Assembly (NCBI RefSeq): GCF_036321535.1 | Contig: NC_087447.1 | Span: 47,246,001-47,310,000 of the forward strand | Length of the DNA stretch: 64,000 nt | Reading direction: 5' to 3' | Source: Camelus dromedarius | Taxonomy: Eukaryota | Part shown: in pieces, positions 36,248 to 48,467 of the stretch | Layout: each line of letters starts with the position of its first letter | How positions within the stretch are numbered: position 1 is the stretch's first letter | Position numbers and translations under genes: made by a program | Notes under the pieces: generated by a model | What the model was told of the DNA's origin: nothing | The model's database searches: none | The model's input: only the letters and a program-made list of their open reading frames with translations

Positions 36248-39200
36248 TGCACTGAGAAGCCAGGGCTAGTATAATTAATTAAGATCTGCAGGTTATGACC
36301 TGCTGAATGAGGAGGCACAAGCACCCCACGGGGGTGGTGGGTTGCTCCCTAGGCTTGCAAGCGCTCACTTTTGGAAAGTGAAAACCCTAGGGCCCTTCTG
36401 ATTGAAGGCACAGTTTCAATATGCTCACACAAAGGAAGCAGAGTCACAAGATCTGTGATTATTTACAGACCCCAGAAGCAGGAGGGGTGGGGAGGTTAAA
36501 GGCAGTCCTCTGACCCAGGTCACCAGTGAGCAGAGTAGCAAGCACCTATTACTCATAAGGTGGTTGGGGTGGAGGTCACTAACTTTTTTGGGGCTTAACA
36601 GGAAGTGGTTATTTTAAAAGATGTCTCAGGCAAGGCAAAGCAGGAACTTATAGAGAGTGTCCTAAATGCAAGTCTTTATCTGAATGTCCAGACTCTGGGT
36701 GCAAGCAGGGTCATCATATTGTAAAACACTCAGGCAGCAACTGAGAAAAACAAGTTGTTTTCCTCAAAAGTTGTTTTTCTCATCACAATTGACCCTGTGA
36801 AGCCTAGGCATTAATCTTTAAGGAAAATGATATACGCTGTCTGGATGGTAAAGATATTTAAAGCCAACTTGGCAGGGTTTTGGTCACCAAGTGAGTGAAA
36901 TATTTGAGAAAAGCAAAAATGCCAATCAACAATACCAAGAGACAAACAATAGTTTAAAATCCTGTCTGTAACACCACCACCCCCATTTGGTGGGGTGCAG
37001 CCAAGAAAATAAGTCAGTCCTTGGATAAGGTTAAGGGAGGTATTTGATTAAAAACTTAGGTGAGATTATGGAATACTTGTACCCCTTGGGCCATCTTCTG
37101 TAAATGCGTCTGAATTTGTTCAGAATTATTAATATACATGCGACAGGTGGTACCCTTTATGTGCACACACCACCTTCCCTGGCCAGTTAGTAATCTAAAG
37201 CTAAATGGTTATCCCAAACCATCTGTGCTGAAGAATCATGTGCTATGCATTAAGGCTGGGCATTGGTATAACAGTCCAATGTGTTCAGCCAGGGTGGCCA
37301 ACAGGTTGGTATTGGCCTTAAGGATCTGATGTTGTGTGTCCAATGCAGTAGCTCCTAGCCCAGTCCCTGTGACAGTAGTAGCAGATCTACTCCCAATACA
37401 ATGGGGATGAATATCACACACTTTTGGTGTGAGGGGGACAGAAACAGATGAACCAGGGTCTTGGTCAGTGATTGTTAAGGGGACTCCCATGTAGACTAAG
37501 GTACATAGGTGTGAACAGGCAGGACTTCCCATGGGCGGCACTGAAGTAAATGCATTGGAGTGAAAGAGAAGTGTGCATATGGAGAATGACTATGTGTGAT
37601 AGCCCCAGGGCACTGGGCCCACAGTGGACACCGACTGCTTCATTAGGGATATCAAATTAAACTGAGATTCCCTCTGGATGGCTGGGCTGTGAGGCCCAAG
37701 ACCATGAGGATTGTGCTCACAGGGATAAGGTATAGATCATATTCAGCCATGTGGAGTTGGTGCCTGGGCAGATATGGAGGATTAGAAAGGGTGTGTGTGG
37801 ACTCCTGTCAGGTGCCACGTATAGTATTACAAAGGGTCCTGCATGGGAGCAGTTGAGCACCATAGAGAGGGGCAGGGCAAGCCACAGGACACATGGGGTG
37901 TCATCTGTTGGGTAGACGGGGACAGGGTCAATAAATCTGCCACCAACTTGGGGAATAGTCTTTGTTGAGACAAGTAACATGCCCAGCAGTTCCAGTGGCC
38001 CCCGAAATGAGCTCCAGCTTATGCCCATTATATAAAAAATATTCAAGATCTTGAACTGAAGGATTGTGGAGCCCTGAGTGGTAACTGTGGGCAAGGGTCC
38101 CCTCAGGTGGTGTAAGGAGGTGACCCTGTGGCTGTAGTTCTGAAGGATGTAGGGGGTGGGGAGCTGTGGTGGTGGCAGTATCCACAGCTGGGGAGCAGTC
38201 CTCCCAACAGATATTAAATTCACTCACTCCCAATTGGACCTATAATGTGGGCCAATCTAACAGGTGTGGTGCAGGCAAACAACTAAAAGAAGTATTTAAG
38301 CCCCTCCTCCCCAAGGCTGACACAAACCATGGCTTTCCACTGCTCAAAGTCACAGTGGAGAGCAGCCTGGCAGTCAGAGTACTGCCTCACGACCAAGCAG
38401 CAAGCGCTGTAGTAAGCAAGGGGGCTCTGGGGTAAACACACAAGCAACTCTGCAAAATGCCACTCGAGGGGGTTGTCAGCAGGGAATTTAGATAAACAAG
38501 CATTCAGTATAGCAATTAAGTCTTGGGACGTACTCACCATCATCCACCGTGTCTTCCTCAGTGTCATCTCTGCTATAGTGAAAGGTTCCAGAGACAGCAT
38601 TCAGGGTTGTGCCCTTGAGGGCAACAATATGCAAAGACTGGGTGGTGCTCTCCTCCAAAACATAGGCGGTTTCCATCCATAAATAGTAAAGGTTGGAAAC
38701 ACGTGTAGCCTTGGTTTAAAGAAAATTTCGTTATATGCTCCTGACGCCCTGTACTACAAGAGATGGGTCTTAACTGCATAAGCCTATCAGCCAATTAGGG
38801 TTGCAATTAGGGCAATGTAATGCCACTGGCTGTAGGTCAGGATGTCGGTGACTATTTGGGCCAGGCTGGTGGCTTTTACACATATGTGCCATTGGTCCCA
38901 TTTAAGTTAGAGGAGTTCAATCCCCCCGCTATTGTCCGCGCCTGGAGGCATTTCGGGCGCAACCCTACCACGGCTGACTTCCACCAGGTGCCATCTTCCC
39001 ATTCTGGGGTGTCATGTTACCCCTGGCAGGACTGCCTGGTAGAGTTGCCTCTGACACGCGTTAGAGCTGGCTCCCCAAACTGAACACCCCAGTCCTGTCC
39101 ACCGACACAGTGGACCCAGCAGCCTGCCTCCCCTACCAGGGGAACACTCCTTGGCTCCAGGTGAAATAGTCTAGCACCTGGGATCCTCTACCAGAGTGCT

Positions 39201-40565
39201 TGCGCAAGGAAACCGTCCCCTCAAGCGGCAGGATACAAAAAGGCCACAGTTACCAGTGACTGAAACAAACCTACAGCTGCGCAGTTTAACAGCACGCAGA
39301 CGCAACTGGGGCAATTTTGACCGCTATCCAACCTTCCTGGGGTGGCAGTAACCAGCTTCTCCTCCATGTTTGAGGTGACGGGTGCAGAGGCGAAGGACTG
39401 CGCATGACCGTTGCATATAGTCCCGCCACAAAGGGCGGATCTTTGCACCCGGCACCATCATAGGGCGGGCTCAACAGTTGACCCAGACCACACCTCCGGC
39501 CCCGCCCATCCTCGGGCCCCTACCCACTCCCCGCTTAAGGGACCACCTGGCTCGCTCAGAAGCAAGAACAGCTGCTTCTTGTTGCTTCCTTGCCTTGAAG
39601 CTCAAGCGGCAACACCTGGTTTCTGCCTGGGGCGTGGGGAGGCAGAGCACTACAGTCCTGGCTAGCCCACCTTAGCAGAACAGCCGGGGAATTTGCATAT
39701 GATTATAGCCCATCACTGCCAGACTGACACAGGGTTTGGGGGTAGGGCGGGGGTCTCCTTTAGAGACTAATGGGAAACACACCCACCTCAGACTGGGGCC
39801 TTTTACAGCACTGACAATTTAGAGTGGGGATTTGCCGCAACACCAGGCAGCAACAATACACAGCAGCCCCAGAGCCCCAGCAAGCAGTGATTCTTTCCCA
39901 GAGAGATGAGCAGCCTAGGAGAGAAAGTTAGCATGCCATTCACAGCTCCAAGGCATTTATGGGGTTACAAACTGCCCACCATCCCCTCCTCCTTGTCGCC
40001 AATTGTGTTAAGAAGCCCGAACAGGTGAATTTAATTAAGAATATGCAGATTATGACCTGCTCAATAAGGAGGCACAAACCATCCACACATGGGTGGCAGG
40101 TGGCTCCCTCAGCATCCCAGCTTACACTTTGGGGAAGTTAAACCCACGGAGGGTTGTTTTGATTGAAAGTGAAGTTTCAATACACTCCCACAAAGGAAGT
40201 AGAGTCAGTCAAAAGATTTATTACAGATCCCATAAATGCTCCCCACCCTCACCCTACCGCCAACCCAGCACTAGGGGATGGGGAGGCAGTCCTCCGTCCA
40301 AGGTCATGAGGGATCAGGAGATAAGAGAGATGGGTAGCAAGCACCTATTACTTAAAAGGTGGTTGAGGTATAGGTCCCTAACTTTTCCGGGGCTTAACGC
40401 TAATGATTATGTTAAAAGATGCAGGCACAGTAGGAACTTAGGGAGAGGATCCCAAAATCAAGTCCTATCTATATTTTCATACTCTGAGTGTATCATACTG
40501 TAAAATGCCTAGGCAGCAGCTGAGAAAAACAAAATTGCTTTCCGCAAGTGGTTTTTCTCATCACA
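36248..40565 (-). mobile_element. Two-LTR class III (ERV-S-like) provirus with decayed env and no recognisable gag/pol
   Basis: LTRs 40004-40565 (5') and 36248-36787 (3'). 5-bp TSD TCTAC at 36243-47 and 40566-70. PBS TGGCGACAAGGAGGAGGGGATG resembles the tRNA-Ser(GCT) 3' end. env TM motif present. Confidence 0.9.
36870..38330 (-). pseudogene. env: Decayed gamma-type retroviral env (SU and TM)
   Basis: Minus strand: VSEFNICWEDC (CWxC-like SU motif); ATTVTGTGLGATAL (fusion peptide-like); QMVWDNHLALDY*LAREGGVC..GTTCRMYINNSEQIQTHLQKM (ISD and CX6CC-like) at 37100-37225; hydrophobic segment near 36900-36950. Confidence 0.85.
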
Positions 40566-41788
40566 TCTACCCATGGGTTATCCTGAGGCCACCAATGAAA
40601 TATTGTAGCCCAAATTTTTCCTCTGCTCATTTCCCTTCCCTTCCACAGGTGATTGAGCCTGAGAGCCCTCCCCTACTAAGTTTCCTGCACACTAGTTTTC
40701 ATGTTTCTGCTTCCCAAGCAACCTACCTCTCTTTTTTTTTTTAAACTTAAGTATAGTTGATTATTATACTAAGTGAAGTAAAGCCAGATAAAGACAAATA
40801 CGTGATATCACTTGTACATGGAATCTAAAAAATGATACAAATGAACTTATTTACAAAATAGGAAGACAACCTTTTTTATTCAGAGAACTGAAGTTACTTC
40901 TCCCTCAGAGCAGGCTGAATCACTCTAAATGAAATTCTCATGTTTGAGTTTTTCTGGTTGTTGGAATAGCATAAAGAAGCAGATTTTGCTTCCAAATTCT
41001 TGGTGGCAATTTCCTCAACCTCCCCACAGCCCAAAGGTTTGATTTCCCCTGATCTTCCCTCAGCACCTCAGTTGGACTCGGTTGATTTTTCTTGTAGTTG
41101 TCTGGGGGTGTGGGCGGGGGTGGGGGCAGTATTTCTACTTCACCTTTTATACTGAGGATCAGCCCAGCTTTCTGCAGGGAGCATCTCCTATCATAGTCCT
41201 CACTAGAGCGGACCCTCATCTCCTTTATCCCCACAGACTGTGAAGTGTGAAAATAGGGTCCTGTTCACTTGATTCAGCAAATGCCTTCAGAGTGAAAGCT
41301 AGTTACAGAGCTCCATTTACCCCTCTGGTTCTCTAGCCTGGCAATTCCTTTCTTTCTTGCCAGATTACCAATGCTTGTAACAAAGTTGTTGTTGTTTTTT
41401 TTTTTAATTTTTGCTAAACATATACTACCCAGGATTGATAGCTGCTGTCAGTTAAAGAGTTGATCCAGGTTGTAGCCTGCTATATGACCAGAAAGAGAGG
41501 TGCTTATCACACTTTTCAAGAGTAAATGTTTTAGAAAAACAATCAGATATAAATATTTTTTTCACTGAAGAAAAAAATGATGGTTGGTTCAAACCTTCCT
41601 TGTTTGTTTGTTTTGGACCAGGGACTTTCCTCATTAACCAAGGTGTATAGTTGCCACTCAAACACATGTTTCTTTGGAAAATGCTTATCTAAACAGACAA
41701 TTGTTTTCAAAACACTGAAATTCCTGAACACCATTTGACATTAAGTAACTTTACATTTGTATAAAGCACAACACTTCTATTTCTTTTT

Positions 41789-42121
41789 TTAAAACCTTTA
41801 TTGTAGTATGATTCCTGTACAGTAAACTACAAATATTTCAGATGTACAATTTGATGAATTTTGATAGATGTATTTACCAATGAAACCACTACCAAAATTA
41901 AGAGAGCTAACATTTCCATCATTCCCCAAGTGGTACAAATTTTGAACTCCCAGTTTATCCCTTCCCATCCCCTTTACCCTCTGGTAACCGTAAGTTTGTT
42001 CTCCATGTCTGCGAATCTGTTTCTGTTTTGTAGATAAGTTCATTTGTGTCTTTTTTTTTTTTTTTAAGATTCTACATATAAGCAATAGCATATGGTATTT
42101 TTCTTTCTTTTTCTGGCTCAT
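41789..42121 (-). mobile_element. 5'-truncated L1 with chimeric 3' tail, copy 1
   Basis: Young L1 3'UTR up to aaatttgtacc, then acttggggaatgatggaaatg...caaattgtacatctgaaa...aataaag (old L1M-type tail). TSD tatttcttttt at 41778-88 and 42122-32. Confidence 0.85.
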
Positions 42122-42224
42122 TATTTCTTTTTGAAAGGAAGATAATGTCCATTTGTCAAATTAAGCTGAACAGAGTAGCTTACACTTAAGTATTTTTCTA
42201 GGAGGGATGGCATATTATAAGCAA

Positions 42225-42460
42225 TGAGTATGTGACTGAGGTGCCAGAGTGCATGGGTTCAAATCCCAAAGCTACCATTTACCAGCTGTTTGACTTTAGA
42301 GAAGTTGCTTAAACTCTGGGCCTCAGTTTCTTTATGTCTAAAATGGAGATAATAATAATGCCTATCCCATAAGATTGTTATGAGGATTGTGTGATTTAAT
42401 GTTTGTGAAGTATTTATAATAGTGTCTGACCCATGATAAACTCCAAATATGTATATAAAA
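42225..42460 (+). mobile_element. MIR SINE
   Basis: gggttcaaatccc...ctctgggcctcagtttctttatgtctaaaatggagataataat core. Confidence 0.85.
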
Positions 42461-42589
42461 TACCCCTTATATATAAAAACAGACTAGGAATCTTTAAACA
42501 ATTTCTCCTTCCTTTGACCTTTTACATTCTAGGCTTGTTTTCAGAGAAGAATGTCTCCTTTTTGATAAGTTTTAGTTTAAAAATGCCTT

Positions 42590-42909
42590 ATTTATTTATT
42601 TATTTATTTATTAAATTGAAGTATAGTTCATTTACAATGTTGTGTTAGTTTTGGGTGTACAGCAGAGTGATTCTATTATATACATTCTTTTTCAGATTCT
42701 TTTCCATTAAAGGTTATTACAAGATATTGAATATAGTTCCCTGTGCTTTACAGTAGGAACTTACTGTTTATCTATTTTATTTGTAGTAGTTTATATCTGC
42801 TAATCCCAAACTCCTTATTTATCTCTCCCCTGCCCTTTCCCCTTTGGTAACCATAAGTTTGTTTTCTATGAGTCTGTTTCTGTTGTAAATAAGTTCATTT
42901 GTATCATAT
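42590..42909 (-). mobile_element. L1 3'UTR, 5'-truncated
   Basis: ttgaagtatagttcatttacaatgttgtgttag.. with (ttta)n tail. TSD aaa(a/g)tgcct. Confidence 0.88.
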
Positions 42910-43697
42910 AAAGTGCCTCACTTTTAAGAGGCAAAAAATTCTATTATCTCTGAACATTCTTTACTACATACAAAACACATTTTATTCCTTTTGTACAGCC
43001 CATCCTTAATGCCATGTTGATGTATTTTGTGTAGTTGTACACACACACACACACAACTACTCTGAAACTAATTTGCTTAAACAAAAAATTATGACAGTTA
43101 TTTTATTATGACTTTTAATAATTCTTTACTATTCTGAGCTAACCTGTACAAGGCATGGGCTTCACCAAGGTATAGACTCCATTGATATTACTTTCCTAGG
43201 TTGATATATGGTTTATATCTTCAAAAGGGAGCAAAAGATAGTAGGCTTTCTTTAGGTACAAGCTGATCAGGTCAAAAGATGACAACACTGATAAATATTC
43301 TAAATCTCTTATGTTTTAGATTATGCCTCTATATGCTCAGGGACTCTGGTGATGTCTTGAGAGTGTCTTACACAGAGACAGTCTAATGGAGGAGTTCTCA
43401 GCATGCCTAGTTGTGAAATTGAGACATGGAACAAGGGTGCTTTAAGGTCATTTCAAGGGCAGTGGAAGAGGAGGAACTCAACTGGCGAGGAGATGCTTGG
43501 ATACTGTCAGGGTAGAAAGACTGAGGTACAGTCTTAGGGGCTGTACGTTATTTGGAAGGGGCAGTGGGAAATGAACAAAGGGTATCTTAAAAGGCTCCAA
43601 TTCAAGTTCTTTTTATTGAGGTCCTTAATATGGTTTTTTGACCTTTCTTAGGTAGTTATGGGGGTAGCAGTCAAGGATTCGGTCTTTCTTTTGTAAA

Positions 43698-44244
43698 TGA
43701 AGGATAACAGAATGTGCCTTCCCAAAATATCCCTCTTTGGCATAAGGATTATTTTGAGCTGATTATTTTTAAGAAACAGCAGGCACAGAAGAAACTCTGA
43801 AAACAGAGTAGATGTTGTCCTTTTGTCAGGGACAATTACGTTTATAAAGGAAATCTCCACTTGCAAGTGTCTCCTTCTCTGTACCAGGAAGACAAGGATG
43901 ACTCTAAATCCTAAGAAATTTGTATCAATGGAGAAGGCACCCACTTAAATCTGCATAATAACCTAACACTTGTTTACTGTGCTTTTCCTGGTGACTTCTT
44001 GAAACTGACACCCCCTTCTCCCAACATTTTTCTTTTGTCTTTAGCTAAAGATGATATTCAAGGTCGTGGTTTGAAACATTTTGGGGAGGTAGTTTTTTCT
44101 GGGTATCTCTCACGTATACAGGAGGTATACGTGTTATTAATCTTTTATTTGTTTTTCTCTTGTTAATCTGTCTTTCATTATAGGGGAGTTACTCAGCCAC
44201 AAAATCTAAAAGGAGAGAGGGAAAATTAATTTTCCTTCTCTACA
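43698..44244 (+). mobile_element. ERV1 solo LTR (MER34/MER39-like)
   Basis: tgaaggataacagaatgtgcc..ccaaaatat..tttggcataaggattattttgagctg...ctaca. TSD taaa/taag. Confidence 0.85.
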
Positions 44245-44635
44245 TAAGTCTTTATTTTCCCTCATACATCATGACTCCATTTGCTAAAATGTTAAGATGA
44301 GGTATTCCAGATTTTCTGATTTTTCAGGAATCATAGTCCCAAGAATTCTGTGACACTCAAAACCTCCAACACCTATGGGGTGTCCAGCAATTCGATTCTG
44401 ACACTATCTACCTGGAGGTAGCATCAGAGCCCACAAGTTAAAAGGTTCAGTCCCACAAGGCTGCTCCCACTTCAGTTTCAGCCAGCGGAAAGTCCCAGGC
44501 CAGCCATACTTCTGACCGACAGACTATACAAATCACAGGGTTCCGATGACCCCCTCTTTAGTTTCAATAACTTGCTAAAACAGCTCACAGAATTCAGGAA
44601 AGCACTTTATTTATGTTTACCAGTTTATTTTAAAG

Positions 44636-45137
44636 TGTGGACTGAAATAATTTGCACAACCTAAAGTTGAGAGTTATGTTTTATTCAGCAGACTTTCTGA
44701 GGACTCGAGCCCAGAAGGTAGCCTCTCAGATTGCTCTAAGAGACTGTTCTGCCCAGGCAAGGGAGAAGCCAGGTTATATAGGAGTTTTGCAACAAAGACC
44801 AGGTGGTCGGAACATCGAAAGATTACTGTTAATTAAAGAACACCAGATATCTCAATTTCAGGAATTTAGTGCTTTCTATGATGGAAAAGCGCAAAGTTCT
44901 GAGTTCACTGAAATCATTCCTTTGATCTGCACCTTAGCTATCTAGAGCCAGTATCCTGTTCTTCCACATCCTGAGTTCCCCAAGGCTGCACCGTTGGGGG
45001 TGGCAGCAGAGGCCGGGCTGCCTGCTTGTCAGCATCCTGAGTTCCCTCTGCCCACTGTTGAGGATGGCAGTAGTAGCTGAGGACTTGATGGCCGCAGCAT
45101 CCTTTACCAACATGGCTGGCAATACTTTTCATTCACA
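44636..45137 (-). mobile_element. ERV1 solo LTR nested in the MER21-like LTR
   Basis: tgtggactgaa...tttcattcaca termini, with tttatt (minus-strand AATAAA). Confidence 0.85.
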
Positions 45138-45144
45138 AAAAAAA

Positions 45145-45232
45145 TTTTTTTTTAATGGCAGTGCTGGGGATTGAACCCAGGACCTCATGCATGCTAAGCA
45201 CGCACTGTAACACTGAGCTATTACCCTCCCCT
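45145..45232 (-). mobile_element. Vic-1 type SINE (short variant)
   Basis: gtgctggggattgaacccaggacctcatgcatgctaagc...ctgagctattaccctcccc. Confidence 0.9.
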
Positions 45233-45566
45233 TAAAGGATATTTTAAATGAACAGCCAGATGAAAAGATACATAGGGTGTTGAGGTCCAGAAGGTCCCAA
45301 GTCCAGCAACTTGTGTCCTGTGGAGTTGGGGTGCACCATCTTCCCAGGACATAGATGCAGCCACCAGCCTGGAAGCTCTCCAAATCTCTTTGTTTAGAGC
45401 TTTTATTACCCAATCTCTAGCCTGCTCCCTACCCTCCATCCTTTCCGGAGGTCAAGGAATGGGGCTGAAAGTTCCAACCCACTAATCAGTTTTTCTGGTG
45501 GCCAGTCACATCCGGAGGGACCTCAGCCTAAGTCACCTCATTAGCATGAACTAAGAAGGAAACCAT

Positions 45567-45688
45567 GGGTGGGGGTATAGCTCAGTGGTACACCATATGC
45601 TTAGCTTGCATGAGGTCCTAGGCTCAATCCCCAGTACCTCCATTTAAAATCAATCAAGCAAGCAAGCTTTAAAAAAAAAAAAAAAAAA
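45567..45688 (+). mobile_element. Vic-1 type SINE
   Basis: gggtatagctcagtggta...ccccagtacctcc plus polyA. TSD aaggaaacca. Confidence 0.9.
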
Positions 45689-45817
45689 AGGAAACCACTG
45701 GGCAAATTCTAATTTTGGATCACCAGTTTCATAGTTTATACCAATTCCATGATCTTAAACAAATTTTACAGACCAAGGACATCAATTGCCTTATATTCAT
45801 TGAGCAGAGTTAAGACT

Positions 45818-46329
45818 TGTCAACTGAAAGAAACATGTACAATGTAAGAGTTGTGAATTAAGTTTTATTCAGGGTCTTACTGAGAACTATAGCCCAAGAG
45901 ACAGCCTCTCAGTAACACTGAGAAAATGCTCCGAAGACATGGGGGGAGGCTAGATTATATATGATTTTTTGGCTGGGTAATACATGCAGTCAAGTATACA
46001 ACTTAGTAAAAGATTACTACTAGTCACAAAGAACAGATATTTCAAGTTAGTGATTATAGTGCTTTTTCTATGGGAAGATGCAAGAAGCTGGGTTCATTAA
46101 AATTCGTCCTGAGATACATCTAACTATCTAAGAGGCCTGCTTGTCCAAAGCAAAGAGCATCCTGTTGTCATCTTTCACTTCCTTTGCGGCACAGAGTGCG
46201 TCATCCTGTTCCTGTCTTAATCTCTTCTGTCTGAAGCACAGATTGCACTGTCGGTCAGTGACTGCAGTAGATTAATCTCTGCAGAATTGGAAGGCAAGCA
46301 AAATGCTATTTGCTCTTCTTTTGTTAGCA
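45818..46329 (-). mobile_element. ERV1 solo LTR
   Basis: TG...CA termini, perfect 4-bp TSD GACT (45814-17 and 46330-33). Confidence 0.9.
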
Positions 46330-46760
46330 GACTCCTCCCAATGTTTTTATGAGGTTATATAGGAAAGATCTAAAATATGAGGAGACTCAGTTTACAATCC
46401 CTACAAGAAATGACAAGCTCTCCAAGATGATGGTGAAGAAGTAGTCTGACGCAGTGGGAGGAACTGCAATTCAGGCAGCAAAGGGGTTGGTGTGTGTGCT
46501 TGGCCCTTACACTGCTAGACCCCCTGCATGAATCATAGGCTCTGTGTTCTTCCAGATCTGGCCAAGAATATACTAGGTTGTTGTGGAAAATAAGATCACA
46601 GATAAAAGGTGAGAGTTAAAATTTTGTTATCTGCTAAGAGGGACATGCAGAAAGGAACAAGGTATGGGCTTGCCAAGAAGAAGCTGGATGGCTCACACCC
46701 CTCAGATCCTTGACTCACCTTGCTAGGTATGTGGTTTGTGTCCTTAAAAAAGGAACAATG

Positions 46761-46872
46761 GGGGGTTATAGCTCAGTGGTACAGCACATGCTTAGCATGC
46801 ACAGGTCTTGGGTTCAATCCCCAGTACCTCCATTAAAAATAATAATAACAATAAATTTTAAAAACGAAAAAA
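46761..46872 (+). mobile_element. Vic-1 type SINE
   Basis: tRNA head plus A tail. TSD aaaag(g/t)aacaatggg. Confidence 0.9.
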
Positions 46873-47315
46873 AAAAGTAACAATGGGTTTTATTTAGGTA
46901 TAGTTCATCATAGGCAGTTGGGTCTGAGCAAGAGATTACACTGAAACACTTTCTGTGGTATTGACATAAAATCAAAGCTCTATATTAGCAAATGCTGAGA
47001 ACTGTTCGTCAAGAAAACTAAAAATGCACCTTTGAAAGGGATCATGGGATTTTTCTATAGGGAGCAAATGGAAAGGCTCAATTTTGGTTCCCTAATTGAA
47101 ACAACAAAGGCTTTGGAATCAAAACCAGCTCAGAGACAGAGCTCCTGGCAGTCCTACCCAGTGGAGAGGAAGTGGGACCACTACACTGACATCACCTTCT
47201 ATCCCTGTCTTTCTCAAGTTCTGGGTTGCTCCATAGTCTGCCAAAGCCAGGTCACATTCTATGGGAAGAAACAAAACATCCTCACAATTAGGATCCTATC
47301 ATTTACTAAGAGCTG

Positions 47316-47785
47316 GGTAAGGGAGGAAAACTTTTCCCTCTTCCAAGTTCTTTGGCTGGCCTAATAATTAAGTTGACATAGATTAACAAGAGAAAAAGAA
47401 ATTAATTTTGCATGTATGGGAGCCCATAGATATATGAGATTCAAAGAAGTGATCAAAGCAGGCAGCTTTAACCCTTTTAGACAAAAAAAAAAAAAAAAGT
47501 AAATTTGTAAAGAATTGATAAGACAAAGAAGTTTGGGCTTGGGTTAGTAAATTAGTAAAGGAGTAACAAGATTTGTTTATATGGCCTTCTTGCCATAAAT
47601 TCCCTATCTTTGGTGATAAGAATGTCTTCCTCCTGGTAGAGGGAAGGTAACTTTTACATGCTTTCAGGGGGACAAAGGAGGTCAGAGTGTCCTTCCTCAC
47701 TGGCTATTTCTTAAATAACTTTAATTCAAAGTAATCAGTATGCCTAAGTGGCATATTTTGGGGTGGCATATTCTGCTCCCCTTCA
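47316..47785 (-). mobile_element. ERV1 solo LTR (MER34/MER39-like)
   Basis: Ends gtggcatattttggggtggcatattctgctccccttca. TSD GCTG at 47312-15 and 47786-89. Confidence 0.88.
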
Positions 47786-48347
47786 GCTGCATGCAGAAAG
47801 GACCGATGACTAACTCACTTTAACTGCTTGACCAGTCTTATTAAACGTGCTGTTTATACAACCAGAAGAGGCATGGACAATCATGCCTTTGCTGTAGTTA
47901 AAACAAGTAATGGGGCAAGCTGGTCATGGTGAAAGCTCATAACTCTGAGAAATATTTGGGACCCCTAAAATAATTGGAGCCCTTGGCTAGCAGATTTCAA
48001 GAACTATGCTGAAAGACAACTGATAACATACTTTGGAAAGGAGCCACAGTATTCGTCTAAGGAGAAAAACATAATGAGGCTATAAAGGGCCTGTAGGATC
48101 TTACCATTTTCTCTAACTGGTGGTCTGCATGACAAAAAGCTATTTGGGAGGGTCTCTTGTTTTTCTTCAGGGGCCCTCTCTCAGGCAGGACCAAAGCCAG
48201 GTTCCCCCATCCCTGTGTACAAGATTCAGACAGTGGTTTCCAGGGCATCGAGGTTAGTTGTTTAGGATGGAGGAGTCTGGAATATTACATGATAGACCTG
48301 AAGTTAGGATTTCTTAGCACTGAAGAGAGGCGCTGACGCTGAAGCTA

Positions 48348-48369
48348 CACTTTCACACTTCACTTTCAC
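48348..48369 (-). promoter_or_regulatory. Candidate IRF/ISRE-like (AAGTGA-repeat) element upstream of the ART2 signal exon
   Basis: cactttcacacttcactttcac reads GTGAAAGTGAAGTGTGAAAGTG on the minus strand. Confidence 0.4.
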
Positions 48370-48389
48370 AGTCTGATGCTCCTTTGCAG

Positions 48390-48467
48390 TCCCAGCTGAC
48401 CTTGAGGATGGCATCTGTTCTTGGAGTGGTTCACTTTTTGATTCTAACTTGGTGTCTAAAAGTACAG
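48390..48467 (+). pseudogene. ART2: ART2 pseudogene (copy B), signal-peptide exon
   Basis: Acceptor ctcctttgcag. ATG 48408 in Kozak context (aggATGg). Encodes MASVLGVVHFLILTWCLKVQ, like the rodent ART2 leader (..FFLTWWL.QQ). Phase-0 donor CAG|gtaac. Confidence 0.88.

Larger units (their letters stand above)
44349..45555 (-). mobile_element. MER21-like LTR hosting a nested LTR and a SINE
   Basis: aattcgattctgacactatctacctggaggtagcatcagagcccacaag... resumes at about 45233 (aaggatattttaaatgaacagccagatgaa). Confidence 0.8.

Noticed and set aside
36870..38330. env as a candidate syncytin
   Set aside because: Multiple stops and frameshifts, including inside the ISD; no intact ORF.
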